Source: Antedon mediterranea
Taxonomy: Eukaryota > Animalia > Echinodermata
DNA: 64,000 nucleotides
Assembly (NCBI RefSeq): GCF_964355755.1
Contig: NC_092673.1
Location: 11,318,948 to 11,382,947 of the forward strand
Direction of reading: 5' to 3'
Of this stretch, positions 38,101 through 50,571 are shown piece after piece (positions within the stretch are counted from its first letter, which is position 1; every line of letters begins with the position of its first letter). The translations under genes were made by a program, and so were the position numbers. The notes below the pieces were generated by a model. The model ran no database searches and was not told the DNA's origin. It saw only the letters and a program-made list of their open reading frames with translations.

Positions 38101-41100
38101 AATTTTAAAATGTTATAAATAAGAGTCATGTGTTTTTTTATATCGTAAAAACATGCACAAACCAAACTAAATTTATGGTATTGTCATTGTAGCTAGCTTT
38201 TTTAAAGTTTGCAATCAATCTTTGGTTCTTTTAACAAACATGTGCAGGGTGCTCTCTATAGTATAGTGTTTTATTTAAATTTTAAAATGGATAGGTTAGG
38301 CCATTTACAAGCCTTCCGTGTTCTTTCTTACGTATTATCTCAACTCAAAGAAGTTGCCAAATGAGGCCGCAGTTACAATAAACATGTCAAGTTTGGTTTC
38401 AAATTAAAGCTTATGACATGTATAACGACAAAAGCATATGTGAAATATATTTTGAACAATTTAATAGCATCATTTAAGCCACAACAATAAATACTCTGGT
38501 ATTAAATAAGTTTGTCATTATATTGTGAAATTATATTTTTCTCATTTTAGTGGTGTTGTACATGATTGTCATAAGCTATAATTTGATACCAAACTTGATG
38601 GTATATACAGTTGGTTAGAATCTCGGTACTGATTTTAACCACCTTATGTAACCCTGTTTACTAATTAAATTTAGTTAGATAATTAGTTATTGACGATTAA
38701 AACGAATTTAGGTTCAACGATTTGCCCCAAATAGGGGTGTTTTGCGATCGTGGTATACACTGTCTAATGGATGTCCGTCTTGAAAAATACCTGCACACAA
38801 TAATACGAGGATGCTTCACATTTTCCTATCTACTCCTATGATAATTGTTTTTAATGGCTGAAAACCGGTTGAACAGCTCGAGTACAGTATCATAATGTTG
38901 AAGACAGGCCGATTTTCTTTAAAAAATATACTATTTTGATACTAGATTTAGTATACGTTTATACAAATGTATTGATTTGCGATAAATGGAACATTCCAAT
39001 CTCTCTGACTCCCAGTTTGTAGGTAAATTTAGTTGGTTTAACACAAGTAGGTAAATTTATGGGCCCTTGGAGAATAAAACTTATATATAGTATTGCAATA
39101 CTTTGACAATATTGTAAATACTGTACGTATTAACCATTTTTGTATTACTGTGACTGTGGGTAGGTTACTGACAGTTGCTTCTTAACGTTTGTATTAATAA
39201 TTATAAAAAATATAAACGTCGTAGTGGTGTATCGTTACATGTACTTTACTATTTCAATCGACTATAACAGGGACAGTTTTAAAAAAAGTAGTATAAATCG
39301 TAAATGTGTTACTGTGTTTAGTGGTATATTATTGATAGGCCTGTAAAACATTTAAAACAATATTTCGTTACTGAGTGGATAGAGAATATATTTAAAAATT
39401 GTTCTTCCCATCCTCTTCCCCATCCCTCAACTCTAATGTTATATACAAAACACAAATTGGGTTTGTTTAAATGAGTTTAAATAAAAAAATTAGACTCATT
39501 TTTAAGACAAGGCATAAATCATCGTGTCTATTTATTCGTTTCTGTAAACGACAATGTACTATAGTCCTGCGGTACACGGTACATTTTTTACGCTGAAATT
39601 ACTGTGTATTCGAGAACCATCTGTGGACACGACCTAGATGGTACGCGAGCGTACAATCTAGTTTATGTAATTTAGAGTTTTTTTTATATTTTTACATAGC
39701 TACATAATATATTTAAAATGGCCGTGGTCAAAATGATGCCATTAAATTGTTCGAATTTTTGGGCACCCCTTCTAGAATTGTTAAAGAAGGTTTCTGCCAA
39801 GTTTGGTGCTTTTGTCACATAGTGTACAAAAAAGTGCTAAGCGACCTGACTATAAGGGAATAGTATCAATACATAGGTGAAAACTAATTATTTCCTAGTT
39901 TTGTTATTTTTTAGAGATGATCAAGCGTGGAACACCAGGTTTTGCTATTGGTGGATTGAGTGGAGGAGAAAGTAAAGATGAGTTTTGGAAGATGGTTAAT
40001 GTGTCAACAAATATCCTTCCTAAAAACAAACCAAGATACTTGATGGGAGTTGGGTAAATATACACTGTTCTATTAGAGAGATATAGGTACACACTACTAT
40101 AGTAATTCTATGAATGGATGACTAGTTGGTGACAAGAAGACTATTTGATAATATCCAGTATCATTTTGATTTTAATCATTAGGCAAACACCTCACACTGA
40201 CAGATTAGTCATTTGATCTTTAATATTTATTATAAAGTTATCACTGACATTGAAAATCTTTTATTGATTAATATTGATTGATCTATCAGCAACAGACGGA
40301 AAACTGAATCCAATCATAAAATTATACAAATGATTATCATTTACATTGATGTATTTTAAAGTCGATTCTTTCGTTGCGAAAGTGTTAAAAATTAAAGTTT
40401 ACATAAAAAAAACGTTGATTGAACGTAAAAATTGTCAATGTTGAAACAACGTAAAATAAGTAACGTTGAAATATGAAAGTTTGCATCAGCATAATTTTTA
40501 ATGTTGAAATTATCAACATTGATTCAATTCAATTAACATAATAATTTAGTTGAATATGAAAGTTTGCATAAATTTCAACGTTGATTGAACATTGGAAATA
40601 TTAATGTTGTTTTAACATTTAATTTATCAACGTTGAAACAACTTCATAAGTTGGTTGAATATTTTATGTTCTGTATAATTACATTACAATAATATAATAA
40701 TTATATACAGTAATATGCAAATGTTAAATATTTTTGCATCTTAGATATGCAGTAGACCTAGTAGTATGCTGTGCCCTTGGAGTAGATATGTATGACTGTG
40801 TCTTTCCAACAAGAACAGCTGTGAGTATAAGTAAATAATAACATGAGAAATTGTCCTTATGCATTACAGTATACAGTAATATTATAATATTAATATGTAT
40901 ATTTAGACTGGTCCATACCAAGCAGGTCAAGGTTTTCTCAGTGGATTTGTCATACTAACATTATTAAAATTGATTGAAATATATATTTATACTGGGTAAC
41001 CTCTTCAGTCAAAGACTGGTCTCCCAGAGGGCCCAGTTGGTGATCAGTGACTGTGATGTACTAATACACTGGGGTAACCCCCTACACGTCTCGAAAGATG

Positions 41101-44100
41101 TACTAGGTTCTTTAAAGTGCACACGAGCTAGATGTGTACACTGGACCGAAGACTCGTTCTACCACCAGAACCATGGAGTGAGTGAGCCTCGAACCCCTGC
41201 CGATGTTATGGCTACGTAATTACGGTTCCACTGTCTTAACCGCTCGGCCACTCACTCACTATACTTTTTAAAATAAGGTTGGGGCCATGTTGAGCTATGA
41301 AATATGCAAAAATTCACATTTGTGCAAACATGTTGCCCTCAAATGTGCAAACAACCATATTTGTGCAAAGATGGCTTCCTCAAATGTGGAAATCTGTAAA
41401 AATTCATTATCCACTAATGTGCAAACATCACAAAAACGACCAGTTTTGACGTTATTGTGCAAAATAAAATGTACAAATCATTTTCTTAAAGAAAAATCAG
41501 TATATTACAAGAAAATAATATATAGACATGGATAGGAATGGATATTGATATAATCCTTAGGCAAAATTAAATGTTATGCGCGATTTAAAATAGCGCAAAG
41601 ATTTCGATGCGCATTTTGAAACAGCACAACTTTGTGTAATTTTATATTTTATTCTTTTACTTGCATTTTTTATAAATGTATGCGTAACATATACATACAT
41701 GAGCTTTCAAATACTGAAAATACAATGCGCAATTCCGAAATTGTCTGTATACAGATTTCGCTTCAGAAACCTCACTGTATGCCTTAATAATATCAACTAA
41801 ACGCCCTTGTAGTTTGATTGTTATTCCAGCAAGATGTGATAGAAAATGATAGATTGTAAGGATTGGAAGGATGAAGTCGAAAGATGTGATACTTACCAAT
41901 AAAGATGGCGCATCTCTGTGACTCTTTGGGTCCCATCTGGCTTCTCAAAACTCTACTCCACATGATTCGCCGTTCATACCATGGGCAATGTTCTCCAATC
42001 AGGAGGGGATGTAGGATTTTGAAATAGGGGGCGAGCAAACATTGGCTGAAGGCCAAGGGGCCGCCAAGAGCCCCTGGTCGAGGTCCAGAAATTTTTGACT
42101 TCTTAGCACATTTTAAGTTGTTTAAAACGATGTACAAACACCTTATACTGTCATTTTCCACACTCTAAAGCTCGTAAATTACGACATGTGGAACATGCAG
42201 CTATACCAAAGCAAGCTAACAACTTGCCTGTACTTTGAATTTAATTAGTTAACGTGACGATGTTTTTTCAGTATTACTTTCGGTATTATTTTCTTACACG
42301 CCGAGACGCGGCTGCGTGTGTGTGACCGGCCTGATTTAAACAATCGTTTAAAAATTAGAGGTCCAGCTCGATCATTACTGTTATTTATTCTCAACTCAAA
42401 AAATAACAAGCTGCAACTCTTTTGTCATGACAATTTGTTTAAGTAAGTCTAAAAATGACGACAATTATTTTTAAACCAAATATTTCAATATTAATGAGGC
42501 TAGCGTTTGTTTTTATTGTACTTAATAAATGGGCACGTAGTATAGTAGCACACCGGAAAACCGGCTTTATCAACTCTTTTTTACTGCGATTGATCGTCGA
42601 ATACTCTACAATACGAGAGTAACAATGCCGACCTGCTTAGTGGAACGTGACCAAGCTCACCACTAGGCCTGCTCTTTTTACACTCAACTGTGATCGTTAG
42701 TAACGCTAAAGATTAATAGTACACAAAGGATGTCGACGTACCTGCTTGGTGGAATGCAAATGCGTGCTTTATCAATGTACGTTGTAGCATTCCAATAAAT
42801 TTCATTTTTGGCCATCGATAGTTTTCCATCTTTATAATTTTATGGAAGTATTTCATACGAAGAGCGTTATGGATCTCGTTAATTGGAGAATAACCAAGCT
42901 CTCCATATAAGGCGGCACAAGGTGTATTTCGAAGGGTTTTTAAGATATAAGCACCATTTGGAGCTGGAGACGCTATCTATCTATTAAAGAGCACCATACT
43001 GAACAACCATAGTTATAGATTACCATATTATACCTCAAATAAAGATGCCTCCCTCCCCCTAAAAACCCTTTTGAACAATAAATGCCCGGGGCGTTTAATC
43101 TGATACACATGGCAAGTTACTTCTAGCATTCTGAAAAGAACTGTTGAGCTTGACGTTTATATCAAAATGTTCTCGTGGACACCAATAACTAGTACTTGAA
43201 ATTGAAACAATTTATTGCATAACATTACTGTCTAAGGATAAGTTGTGTAGAGATATGTTTTTTGTTTGAAACATTAGTAATAGTATTTTCTGTTCATCTT
43301 TTAACCACATTTTCTATTACAATGAATGTAAATATGTATATTTCGAACAATTTGATACCAAATTTAAGTTTCTACGACCAGTACTTACAGAGATATGAAG
43401 ATGCCCTGGTATGTGGGTCAAAGGTCAGAAATGGCATTTCTGATCATATTTTACTAAAATGCCCCATTAGACGGAATATAAATGCATTCCTTCTGAACAT
43501 TTTGAGACAAAAATTGACTTGCTGCTGACCTGTGGTTGCTGAGATACAAGTACCTTTATTTATTTGTTCATGTAACCCTTGACCCTGACCCTTTGACCTT
43601 TTGTAACATTTTTTCAAAATGTGTAACAAATAACAAAATATATATTTTGAACAATTTAAAACCAAATTCAAGTGTCTACGACCAGTAGTTACGGAGATAA
43701 ATACATGCCCTGGGTTGTGGGTCAAAGGTCAGAAACGGCCTTTCCTGTCATTTTTAACTAAAATATTCCATTAGACGGAATATAAATGTATACCTTCTGA
43801 TCAATTTGAGACCAAAATTACTTCGCTGTGACCAGTGGTTGTTGAGATTTAAGGAGATATTGGTGTTTGGTCTTATGACCTTTCACCCTGACCTTTTGAC
43901 CTTTCGCCACATTTTCAAAATGTGTAACCAAGCCAAAAATGATTGTTTGACCACCCTAAACCAATTTCTGAAGTCAAATTCTCTGGACCTCAAAGTGCAT
44001 ACGAAAGTTGATCTAGCTACTAGAGTACATGGAGTGTCTTAATTGATTTTGAAGGTGATTTAAATGAGGCTTTGGATATGTTTTATAATTTGTTAAATGC

Positions 44101-47100
44101 TGCCGTCAATGATTTTCTAAAATTAGAAAGCGCAGAAAGCTTCCTCCGATGTTTGACAATGAGTTGAGAAGTGTGCTTCAACTCAAAGAAAAGTATTATA
44201 GATATCTGAAAAAAACATAATAATCGGTTAGCCCAAAGTAATTTCAAATGTGCTCGCGCGTCCTTTAAAAAAATGTGCAATAAAAAGTACAAAGATTACT
44301 TGTACTCTTTGGCTAAGCAAATTGTCACTAACAGCTGGATGAAAACTAAATACAAGTCAAATAATCTTCCTTCTGTCATGAGTCACGATAACATTTCATT
44401 CCAGTCTAATTATGATAAAGCTACCACATTTAATTCTTATTTTCATTCTTTTTTCAGTGAGCCTTCTCCGGACGTTCCCCGGGACTATCTAGGTCTTCCT
44501 GACTATGCGGTGGATAACTTGAGTTCTCTGTCTGTGAATCAGCATTCTGTGGAAAAGACACTTAGTAACATTGATATCAATAAAGCTACTGGCATTGATC
44601 AGATTAGTAACGTTGTCTTAAAGGGTGCCTCCTCCTCACTCTCATCCGCTTTGCAAATTGTTTTAGCTATCTATTAATTCTGGTGTTTTTCCTTCATCTT
44701 GGAAACACGCTAATATTGTCCCAATTCACAAGAGTGGTCCCAAAAAACTATCGTCCTATTTCGTTATTGCCTACTATGTCTAAGATTTTTGAGCGCATTG
44801 TGGATGATGGTTTGTCATCACATGTTGCTAATGCTTTAAGTCCTAGGCAGCATGGATTTGTCTCGGGCAGATCATGTCAAACCAACCTTGCACTGCTTCT
44901 TGCTACATCATACGATGCAATTAACAGCAAGAAGCAGTGCGATGTGATTTACATTGATTTCTGTAAGGCTTTTGATTCCGTTTCCCATGATTTGCTTATT
45001 TTTAAACTTTCAAAATTTGGATTATCCGGTTCACTTTTAAGTTGGTTTAAAAGCTATTTAACTAATAGACAACAGCGTGTTGTCATTGGGGGAGAGACAT
45101 CTGATTGGCTCCCTGTGTTATCGGGCGTTCCGCAGGGCTCGATCCTGGGCCCGCTTTTGTTTAATTTATTTATCAACGATCTTCCTTTAAAATTTAATCA
45201 TTCCGAGTCTCTTTTATTTGCTGACGATCTGAAATTGTTTAAAGTGATTACCACTCCACAGGATGCTTTTTCACTTCAGGAGGATCTGGAGGGTCTCGTG
45301 GAATGGACGGAGATGTGGGGGCTAAAACTTAATGCTAATAAATGCAAATATTTATCTATAACACTTAAAAAAAGGCCTGTGCTCTTCAATTATAATTTGA
45401 ATAGACATGATCTTGAGATGGTTTATGTACAGAAAGATTTAGGTATTTTTATCGATAGTAAATTAAATTTTTGTTCACATATTAATCATGTGTTGTCAAA
45501 AGCTAATAGAATGATGGGCTTGATATGGAGAAATTGTAGGTTTATGAACGACGGCAGGGCACTTTTATCTTTATACAAATCTATTATACGTCCTCACCTT
45601 GAATATTGTTCCGTAATTTTCAATTCAATTTCTCCATGTCAGGCCCGTCGAATCGACACTGTTCAACGGAAGTTTGTACGATTCCTGTCTTATAACTGTG
45701 TTAATTTTGCCTTTTCCATTGATTCTGTCAGCAATCGTCGAACGATATCTGATATGGTTTTTTTATATAATATTTTAAATTCTAAATATGACTGTTCAGT
45801 AATTTCACTATTTAGTTTAAATGTCCCTGGTCGTACACGAAATAGACATTTATTGCATATTCCTTTTAGCCATGTCGACTGTACTAAGAGGGGAATTTTT
45901 CATAGACTACCATATACATTTAATAATCTAAATAGCAATCATATTGATATTTTTAATGATAGACTTATTTTAAGAGGACGATTATGTGTTCACTTCTTGA
46001 ACAGCCTGCATAACCTGTTTGATTAATATAAATTTTAAATTGAAATTGTTTATGGCATGCTGATCTATGTTATATATATATATATTTTTTTTTATCTATA
46101 TTTTATTGTTAACCGTTTTTTATGTTGTATTGTTTTTTGTTTCAAACCTGTTAGTGGCAGTATTTATCGCTGTTGGTTTTGACTGAATAAAATAAAAATT
46201 AAAAAAATAAAATAAAAATAATTGATTTAACGTACGCTAATAATCTTTTTTTTACAACATTCTCAATTTGTATGTGGTCATTTAATTTACGAGAAATATG
46301 TACACCGAGATATTATATATATATATATATATATGATTCAGTTTCAGATATAAAGCTATTACCTAATTTCCATTTATCAACATGTTTACCAGTTATCAGT
46401 ATATTTGACTTTTCAAAGTTAAAACATAATTTCCATACCTTAGCAAATTTCCTGCAAGGTCTACCATTCTTTTCATTTCCAGTTCATTGTTAGCTAATAA
46501 TACAATGTCATCAGCTCTCCATACACTATAAAATGGTTTTCGGAAGTCTTAAGAAGGCCATGTATGTATGCTTACCCTGTTGTAAGCAACAAGTTGCTAT
46601 ACTCTTTAGAACAAAGATATGATCTTTGCATCTATACGAAGGTCGAAAGCCTCCCTGGACTTCCGAAAGAATAGCATTGTCTTCAAGATAGAGAAAGATC
46701 TTTTTGGCAACTATCCTATTAAAAATGTTGGATATACAAGAAGTTAATGATATCCCTCGATAATTATTGAAATCATTGCGATCCCCTTTTTTGTAAATAG
46801 AAAAAATTACACTAATGTTCAACTCACTTGGCATTTGTTCTAGTTTTATTTGTAAAAATAGGTCTAATATAAATCTGATTAATTTGTCGCCACCATTCTT
46901 AATTAATTCATTTGTTATATTATCTAGATCTGGTGGCTTATTATTCTTTGCCATTAGGATAGCCTTGTTTAGAATATCATAATCTATCTTAACATCATAC
47001 AAACAATTTTTGTCAACATCTTTATCATATTTACAATTTGTTTTTGTTTGATTTCTAATATTATTAACAAAACAATTGTAAAGGTAAGTACAGCAATCAT

Positions 47101-50100
47101 TAAGATTCATATTGGCTTTGCAAGATTGTTCCAGTAATCTTTTAAAACCTCATTCATTTCTCTTTTTCGACAATGTTTTCACCAAAGTTTCTTGATTACA
47201 TTGAATTACTGTAAATTTACCACCTTTGTTTGCAATTTCAATAGATTTGTTAACATGTTTTTCTATGATTTTGTGAGCAACAAGTTGCTTAACATGTTTC
47301 TGTGTCTCTGTATAATGCTCCCATAATGTAACACCATTATCATAATTCAAAGTATTATTTGTGTTGTTATTATCAGTGCAGTTCCTAATACTGTAGTAAT
47401 TTTATTATTTTTAACCCATGTTCTGTGTTCTCGCGACGCAATTTTCCTTTTTTTGATGGCATCGTCTATCTCTTTGTCAAACCATGGTTTGTTTTTACTA
47501 TTTACATGTCTAATTCCGATACCTTCAGTGGCTGCCTCGATAATTTTTTTCTTCCACAAATCCCATGTAGTATTGATATTCGTTTCATTACTAACATTCC
47601 AGTCGTTAAATTATTCTTCAACTTTTTTTTGATACAAGGAATAATCTTGGTTCTTGGTCCCAAATTGGTTTATTGTGATTACTTTTGATTACTTGATTAC
47701 TATGTTAAGATTATTTAGTGTTATAACACACAATGGTCACTCCCAAAACTAAATTGTCTATGCTCATCAATAATTAGTTTATTTACATAATTTATTAAGG
47801 ATTTTGAGCATAACATGTAGTGTATCGTGCTTTGTTGCGTATATCTTTGCCATGTTATTTCACAATAAAGTGAATAGAGGTCATCAATTGCAATGCTCAA
47901 TTCTTCAATAGTAACATTATCATTTATTATTACACCAATATTATTTATGAATACAGTACTCTTGTTGTCATTCTACTCTACGATCTATGCTAGCTGGGCT
48001 AGTACTACTATTAGCCATAGTGCCATGCTCCTCATCTTCCACTGCCTGTGTTTCTTTTTGTGACTCATTCGATTCACCATTTCAGCTCGGTTAGTCTTAA
48101 TCATCCACTAATCCAAAGACTTACATTTTTTAGTAGCTGCCTTTCTTTTCCTTTCATTTTGTTCTTTTTGACCTATAATAACAATAATTGTAATAAATAA
48201 TGAGTATTGACTAGCCTACGGAACTATGCCTAGACAGACCAGCTATTGTTGGTAGGTTGCTGATGGATGAAGTTTATGTTGTTCACTTTGTTTGTGTGTG
48301 GCGCGCCATCAAACACTCAAATGCAGTGTGTGTGGTCATGCGGTATATTATATACAGTATGCATACACACCTGTTGCAAAAATGTCCACTTTTTCAGGCC
48401 TCTGGGCCTGACATTTTCAAAGTACAAATGCAATTTATGAAGACCTGCCATAGAGGTCTTATAAATTTTCTTTCATATTTCGAAGTATAATAAGTGCATT
48501 TTCCGTGGACCTAGTAACAGCTCTACTTTATTTTTCACAATTTTCTTAGCTCAGTTCCAACCATGTTGGGATGGTTCTGGAGACTTATATATTTTGTATA
48601 AGTTGTTTGTCTGATCTTTGTTTTTAATTGAAAAGCATGTTTTTCCAGTGGATTGCGAGCACATCGGCATATAATGCAAAGGGTGGCACAAAGTGGGGGT
48701 GAAGTATGTTAACAGTATCACATATTCACCGTGTAGAGCTACACTGATACCGTATAGTTGGGTCTCCCTTTTCATAGTTTTAGGTCTCCTTTTTCATATA
48801 GTTGGGTCTCCCTTTTCGTATATTTAGTCTCCTTTTTCATATAGTTGGGTCTCCCTTTTCGTATATTTAGTCTCCTTTTTCATATAGTTGGGTCTCCCTT
48901 TTCGTATATTTAGTCTCCTTTTTCATATAGTTAGGTCTCCCTTTTCGTATATTTAGTCTCCTTTTTCATATAGTTGGGTCTCCTTTTCGTATATTTAGTC
49001 TCCTTTTTCATATAGTTGGGTCTCCCTTTTCGTATATTTAGTCTCCTTTTTCATATAGTTGGGTCTCCCTTTTCGTATATTTAGTCTCCTTTTTCATATA
49101 GTTGGGTCTCCCTTTTTGTATATTTAGTCTCCTTTTTCATATAGTTGGGTCTCCCTTTTCGTATATTTAGTCTCCCTTTTCGTATAGTTGGGTCTCCTTT
49201 TTTATTTGTAGGGTCTCCCTTTTCGTATAGTTGGGTCTTCCTTTTCATATATTTAAGTCTCCTTTTTTATAGTGTAGGGTCTCCCTTTTCGTATAGTGGG
49301 GTCTCCCTTTTCGTATATTTAGTCTCCCTTTTCGTATAGTTGGGTCTCCTTTTTTATAGTGTAGGGTCTCCCTTTTCGTATAGTGGGGTCTCCCTTTTTG
49401 TATTGGGTTTTTGGTCTCTGGTCTTGGGGGTCTAGTTTCCAGATTTTGAAAAAAAAATTTCTAATGTCTGTAAATGTTTATATATATAAATGTATCTGTT
49501 TCATGAATTACTATACTGAAAGATGAGGGCGTATCAATTTGATCTCAATGCATACAATTTAAAACTACTACTATGATGCCATACCATATCAAGTTAGGAG
49601 CTTTTTCTCATTCTTACAGATTTCCGTATGTTTATCGTTTCAAATTATTTTAGTATCACTGAGCGATTTATTATTTATTCCGTAAATCCGAGCCTTTTGA
49701 GATAATAATAAGTTACTGAAAGATGAGGGTGCGTCAATTTTATCTCTGTTGCCCATCAGACAATTGAGAACTAGCCTGGTAGGATTTTACTTAGCGAACA
49801 GTACAATGTTTATGTGGAATTTGCAACATTTTCCAAGCTTCTAAAAGTTATGACAATTGTGTTAATTAACCTTATAATCCACCGTATGACCAATGAATCC
49901 TACAAACAATAATTAGTAGGCAACTTTCAAAACAATGACCTACGATCTTCCTACATAATTATAGGGTATGAAAGGTTCACTATATCACTGGCCAGTTCAG
50001 AATTTTATTTTGTGCCTGTTCATTTATATACATCATCCACAAAATGTCTATATTTTATTTTTATTGGCAGAGATTTGGATCTGCCTTAATTGATACTGGA

Positions 50101-50571
50101 AGTTTAAATCTTCGCAGCAAGACATTTTCAAATGATTTGAGACCAATCGATGAAACATGTTCATGTTCAACATGTAAACGTCACACAAGAGCCTACCTTT
50201 ACTCTATAAATAACAAAGAAACTGTAGCATGTCATCTTATTACTGTTCATAATATTGCATATCAGGTCAGTTCTTCAGTACTTCACATGATTTTATTTTT
50301 CTACAGAAGTGATAACTTTATTAAAACTGCTATTATACTATTCAAAGTCTTTTTTATTATTCTTCAGTTTTCATTTTTTGGGGGACATCTTTTATTGAAA
50401 TTATTAATTTTATTTTTTTAGATGCGTTTGATGAAATCAATACAGAGAAATATTTTAGAAGACACCTTTCCAGAATTTATTCAACAATTTATGAGCAAGA
50501 TGTTCCCATCAAGTAACTACCCTTCTTGGGTTGTGGATTCCCTCTTATCTGTCAATGTTGAACTGTTATGA
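7854..50571 (+). CDS. QTRT1: Queuine tRNA-ribosyltransferase catalytic subunit 1 (eukaryotic TGT); join(7854..8108,33447..33515,34292..34509,35264..35379,39915..40053,40745..40820,50071..50265,50422..50571), 405 aa
   Basis: Exon lengths 255+69+218+116+139+76+195+150 = 1218 nt give an open frame with GT-AG introns of matching phase. TGT motifs: [56 protein letters not shown] and the Zn site CSCSTC..H. Confidence 0.96.
8288..9273. mobile_element. Non-autonomous DNA transposon with TAG..CTA ends and 9-bp TSD (AcademH-like)
   Basis: CTAAATAGC at 8279..8287 and 9274..9282; the empty site is seen in the inverted arm near 29875; imperfect TIRs. Confidence 0.7.
14804..15651. mobile_element. Tc2/pogo-type (Tc1/mariner) MITE
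   Basis: Perfect 27-bp TIR CCGTATATTTCGGTGTATAAGTCGCAC and TA duplication; absent from the sister Helitron copies. Confidence 0.9.
19780..20790 (-). mobile_element. L2/CR1-group LINE RT fragment
   Basis: [39 protein letters not shown]; frameshifted. Confidence 0.85.
20975..21595 (+). mobile_element. RTE-like LINE RT fragment
   Basis: [37 protein letters not shown]; truncated at both ends. Confidence 0.8.
23975..27205. mobile_element. Non-autonomous hAT-like element
   Basis: TIR CAGGCCTC(A/G)AATTT and CACCTA duplication; interrupts Academ sequence that is intact at 28920..28955. Confidence 0.72.
24871..26165. mobile_element. Nested hAT-like MITE
   Basis: Imperfect TIR CAGGGCTGAGCGAA / CAGGGGTGAGGGAA, CAATT duplication and sub-terminal GGACAAG repeats. 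Confidence 0.65.
27615..28360. repeat. Minisatellites (about 55 bp unit, then about 36 bp unit GGAGGTTACACCATTGTTGGTGGTTACGTTGCTGT)
   Basis: Direct tandem repeats; these explain the three overlapping repetitive ORFs. Confidence 0.9.
28570..29380 (+). pseudogene. Academ-like transposase remnant (XPG/PIN-like nuclease and Cys-rich finger)
   Basis: ORFs 28580..29038 and 29162..29380 with deletions and rearrangement; inverted counterpart at 23209..23974 and 27206..27304. Confidence 0.65.
30480..30900. repeat. Degenerate AT-rich tandem repeat
   Basis: Recurring TATCGAATC/TGTCGAATCTTTATATATTATTTACATA units. Confidence 0.7.
32195..32875. repeat. Tandem duplication of about 330 bp
   Basis: 32195..32505 is repeated at 32520..32875, including the hairpin GGTCACAGACTGACATGTCAGTCTGTGACC. 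Confidence 0.85.
33447..33515 (+). CDS. QTRT1: QTRT1 exon 2
   Basis: Acceptor tttcttcag; [23 protein letters not shown]; donor GTGAGT. Not in the ORF track. Confidence 0.93.
34292..34509 (+). CDS. QTRT1: QTRT1 exon 3
   Basis: Acceptor ttgcag; [11 protein letters not shown]...[12 protein letters not shown]...RVEEAMH(R); donor GTTTGT, phase 2. Confidence 0.95.
35264..35379 (+). CDS. QTRT1: QTRT1 exon 4
   Basis: Acceptor ttcttttcag; [38 protein letters not shown]; donor GTATAT, phase 1. Confidence 0.94.
35979..36015 (-). ncRNA. Minimal type I hammerhead ribozyme motif (Penelope-associated)
   Basis: Minus strand reads GCA-CTGATGA-AAGGC tagtgtt GCCC-GAAA-GC-TC-TGC, within a segment shared with the PLE at 2562..2688. 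Confidence 0.6.
36188..37191. mobile_element. Unclassified TIR element of about 1 kb
   Basis: Inverted ends ATCAA(A)GATATTA(T)AGCCGAAGGCTA; ATAAAC lies next to both ends. Confidence 0.55.
37287..37689 (+). repeat. Duplicate of intron segment 34852..35263
   Basis: High-identity direct copy of the 400 bp preceding QTRT1 exon 4. Confidence 0.9.
39915..40053 (+). CDS. QTRT1: QTRT1 exon 5
   Basis: Acceptor ttttttag; [27 protein letters not shown]...KPRYLMGVG; donor GTAAAT. Confidence 0.95.
40745..40820 (+). CDS. QTRT1: QTRT1 exon 6
   Basis: [25 protein letters not shown], containing the catalytic nucleophile Asp; donor GTGAGT. Confidence 0.95.
40975..41260 (-). mobile_element. Second copy of the tRNA-derived SINE
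   Basis: Near-identical head and core to 5517..5724, with a different 3' part. Confidence 0.8.
44040..46220 (+). mobile_element. CR1/Jockey-group LINE, 5'-truncated, with 447-aa RT ORF
   Basis: [47 protein letters not shown]; upstream frameshifts; A-rich tail with AATAAA at about 46186..46220. Confidence 0.92.
46490..47780 (-). mobile_element. Decayed LINE (RTE/RTEX-like) ORF2 fragment
   Basis: [41 protein letters not shown]. Confidence 0.8.
48752..49400. repeat. 43-bp minisatellite built from two related 21-22 bp subunits
   Basis: TAGTTGGGTCTCCCTTTTCGTATATTTAGTCTCCTTTTTCATA repeated; more degenerate toward the 3' end. Confidence 0.93.
50071..50265 (+). CDS. QTRT1: QTRT1 exon 7 (zinc-binding subdomain)
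   Basis: [10 protein letters not shown]...[19 protein letters not shown]...[11 protein letters not shown]; donor GTCAGT. Confidence 0.95.
50422..50571 (+). CDS. QTRT1: QTRT1 exon 8 (last coding exon)
   Basis: Acceptor ttttttag; [24 protein letters not shown]...[17 protein letters not shown] then TGA. Confidence 0.93.
   Translation: MRLMKSIQRNILEDTFPEFIQQFMSKMFPSSNYPSWVVDSLLSVNVELL

Noticed and set aside
44683-46026. 447-aa reverse transcriptase ORF as a host gene or retron-like system
   Set aside because: Ordinary 5'-truncated LINE with upstream frameshifts, no endonuclease domain and an A-rich tail.
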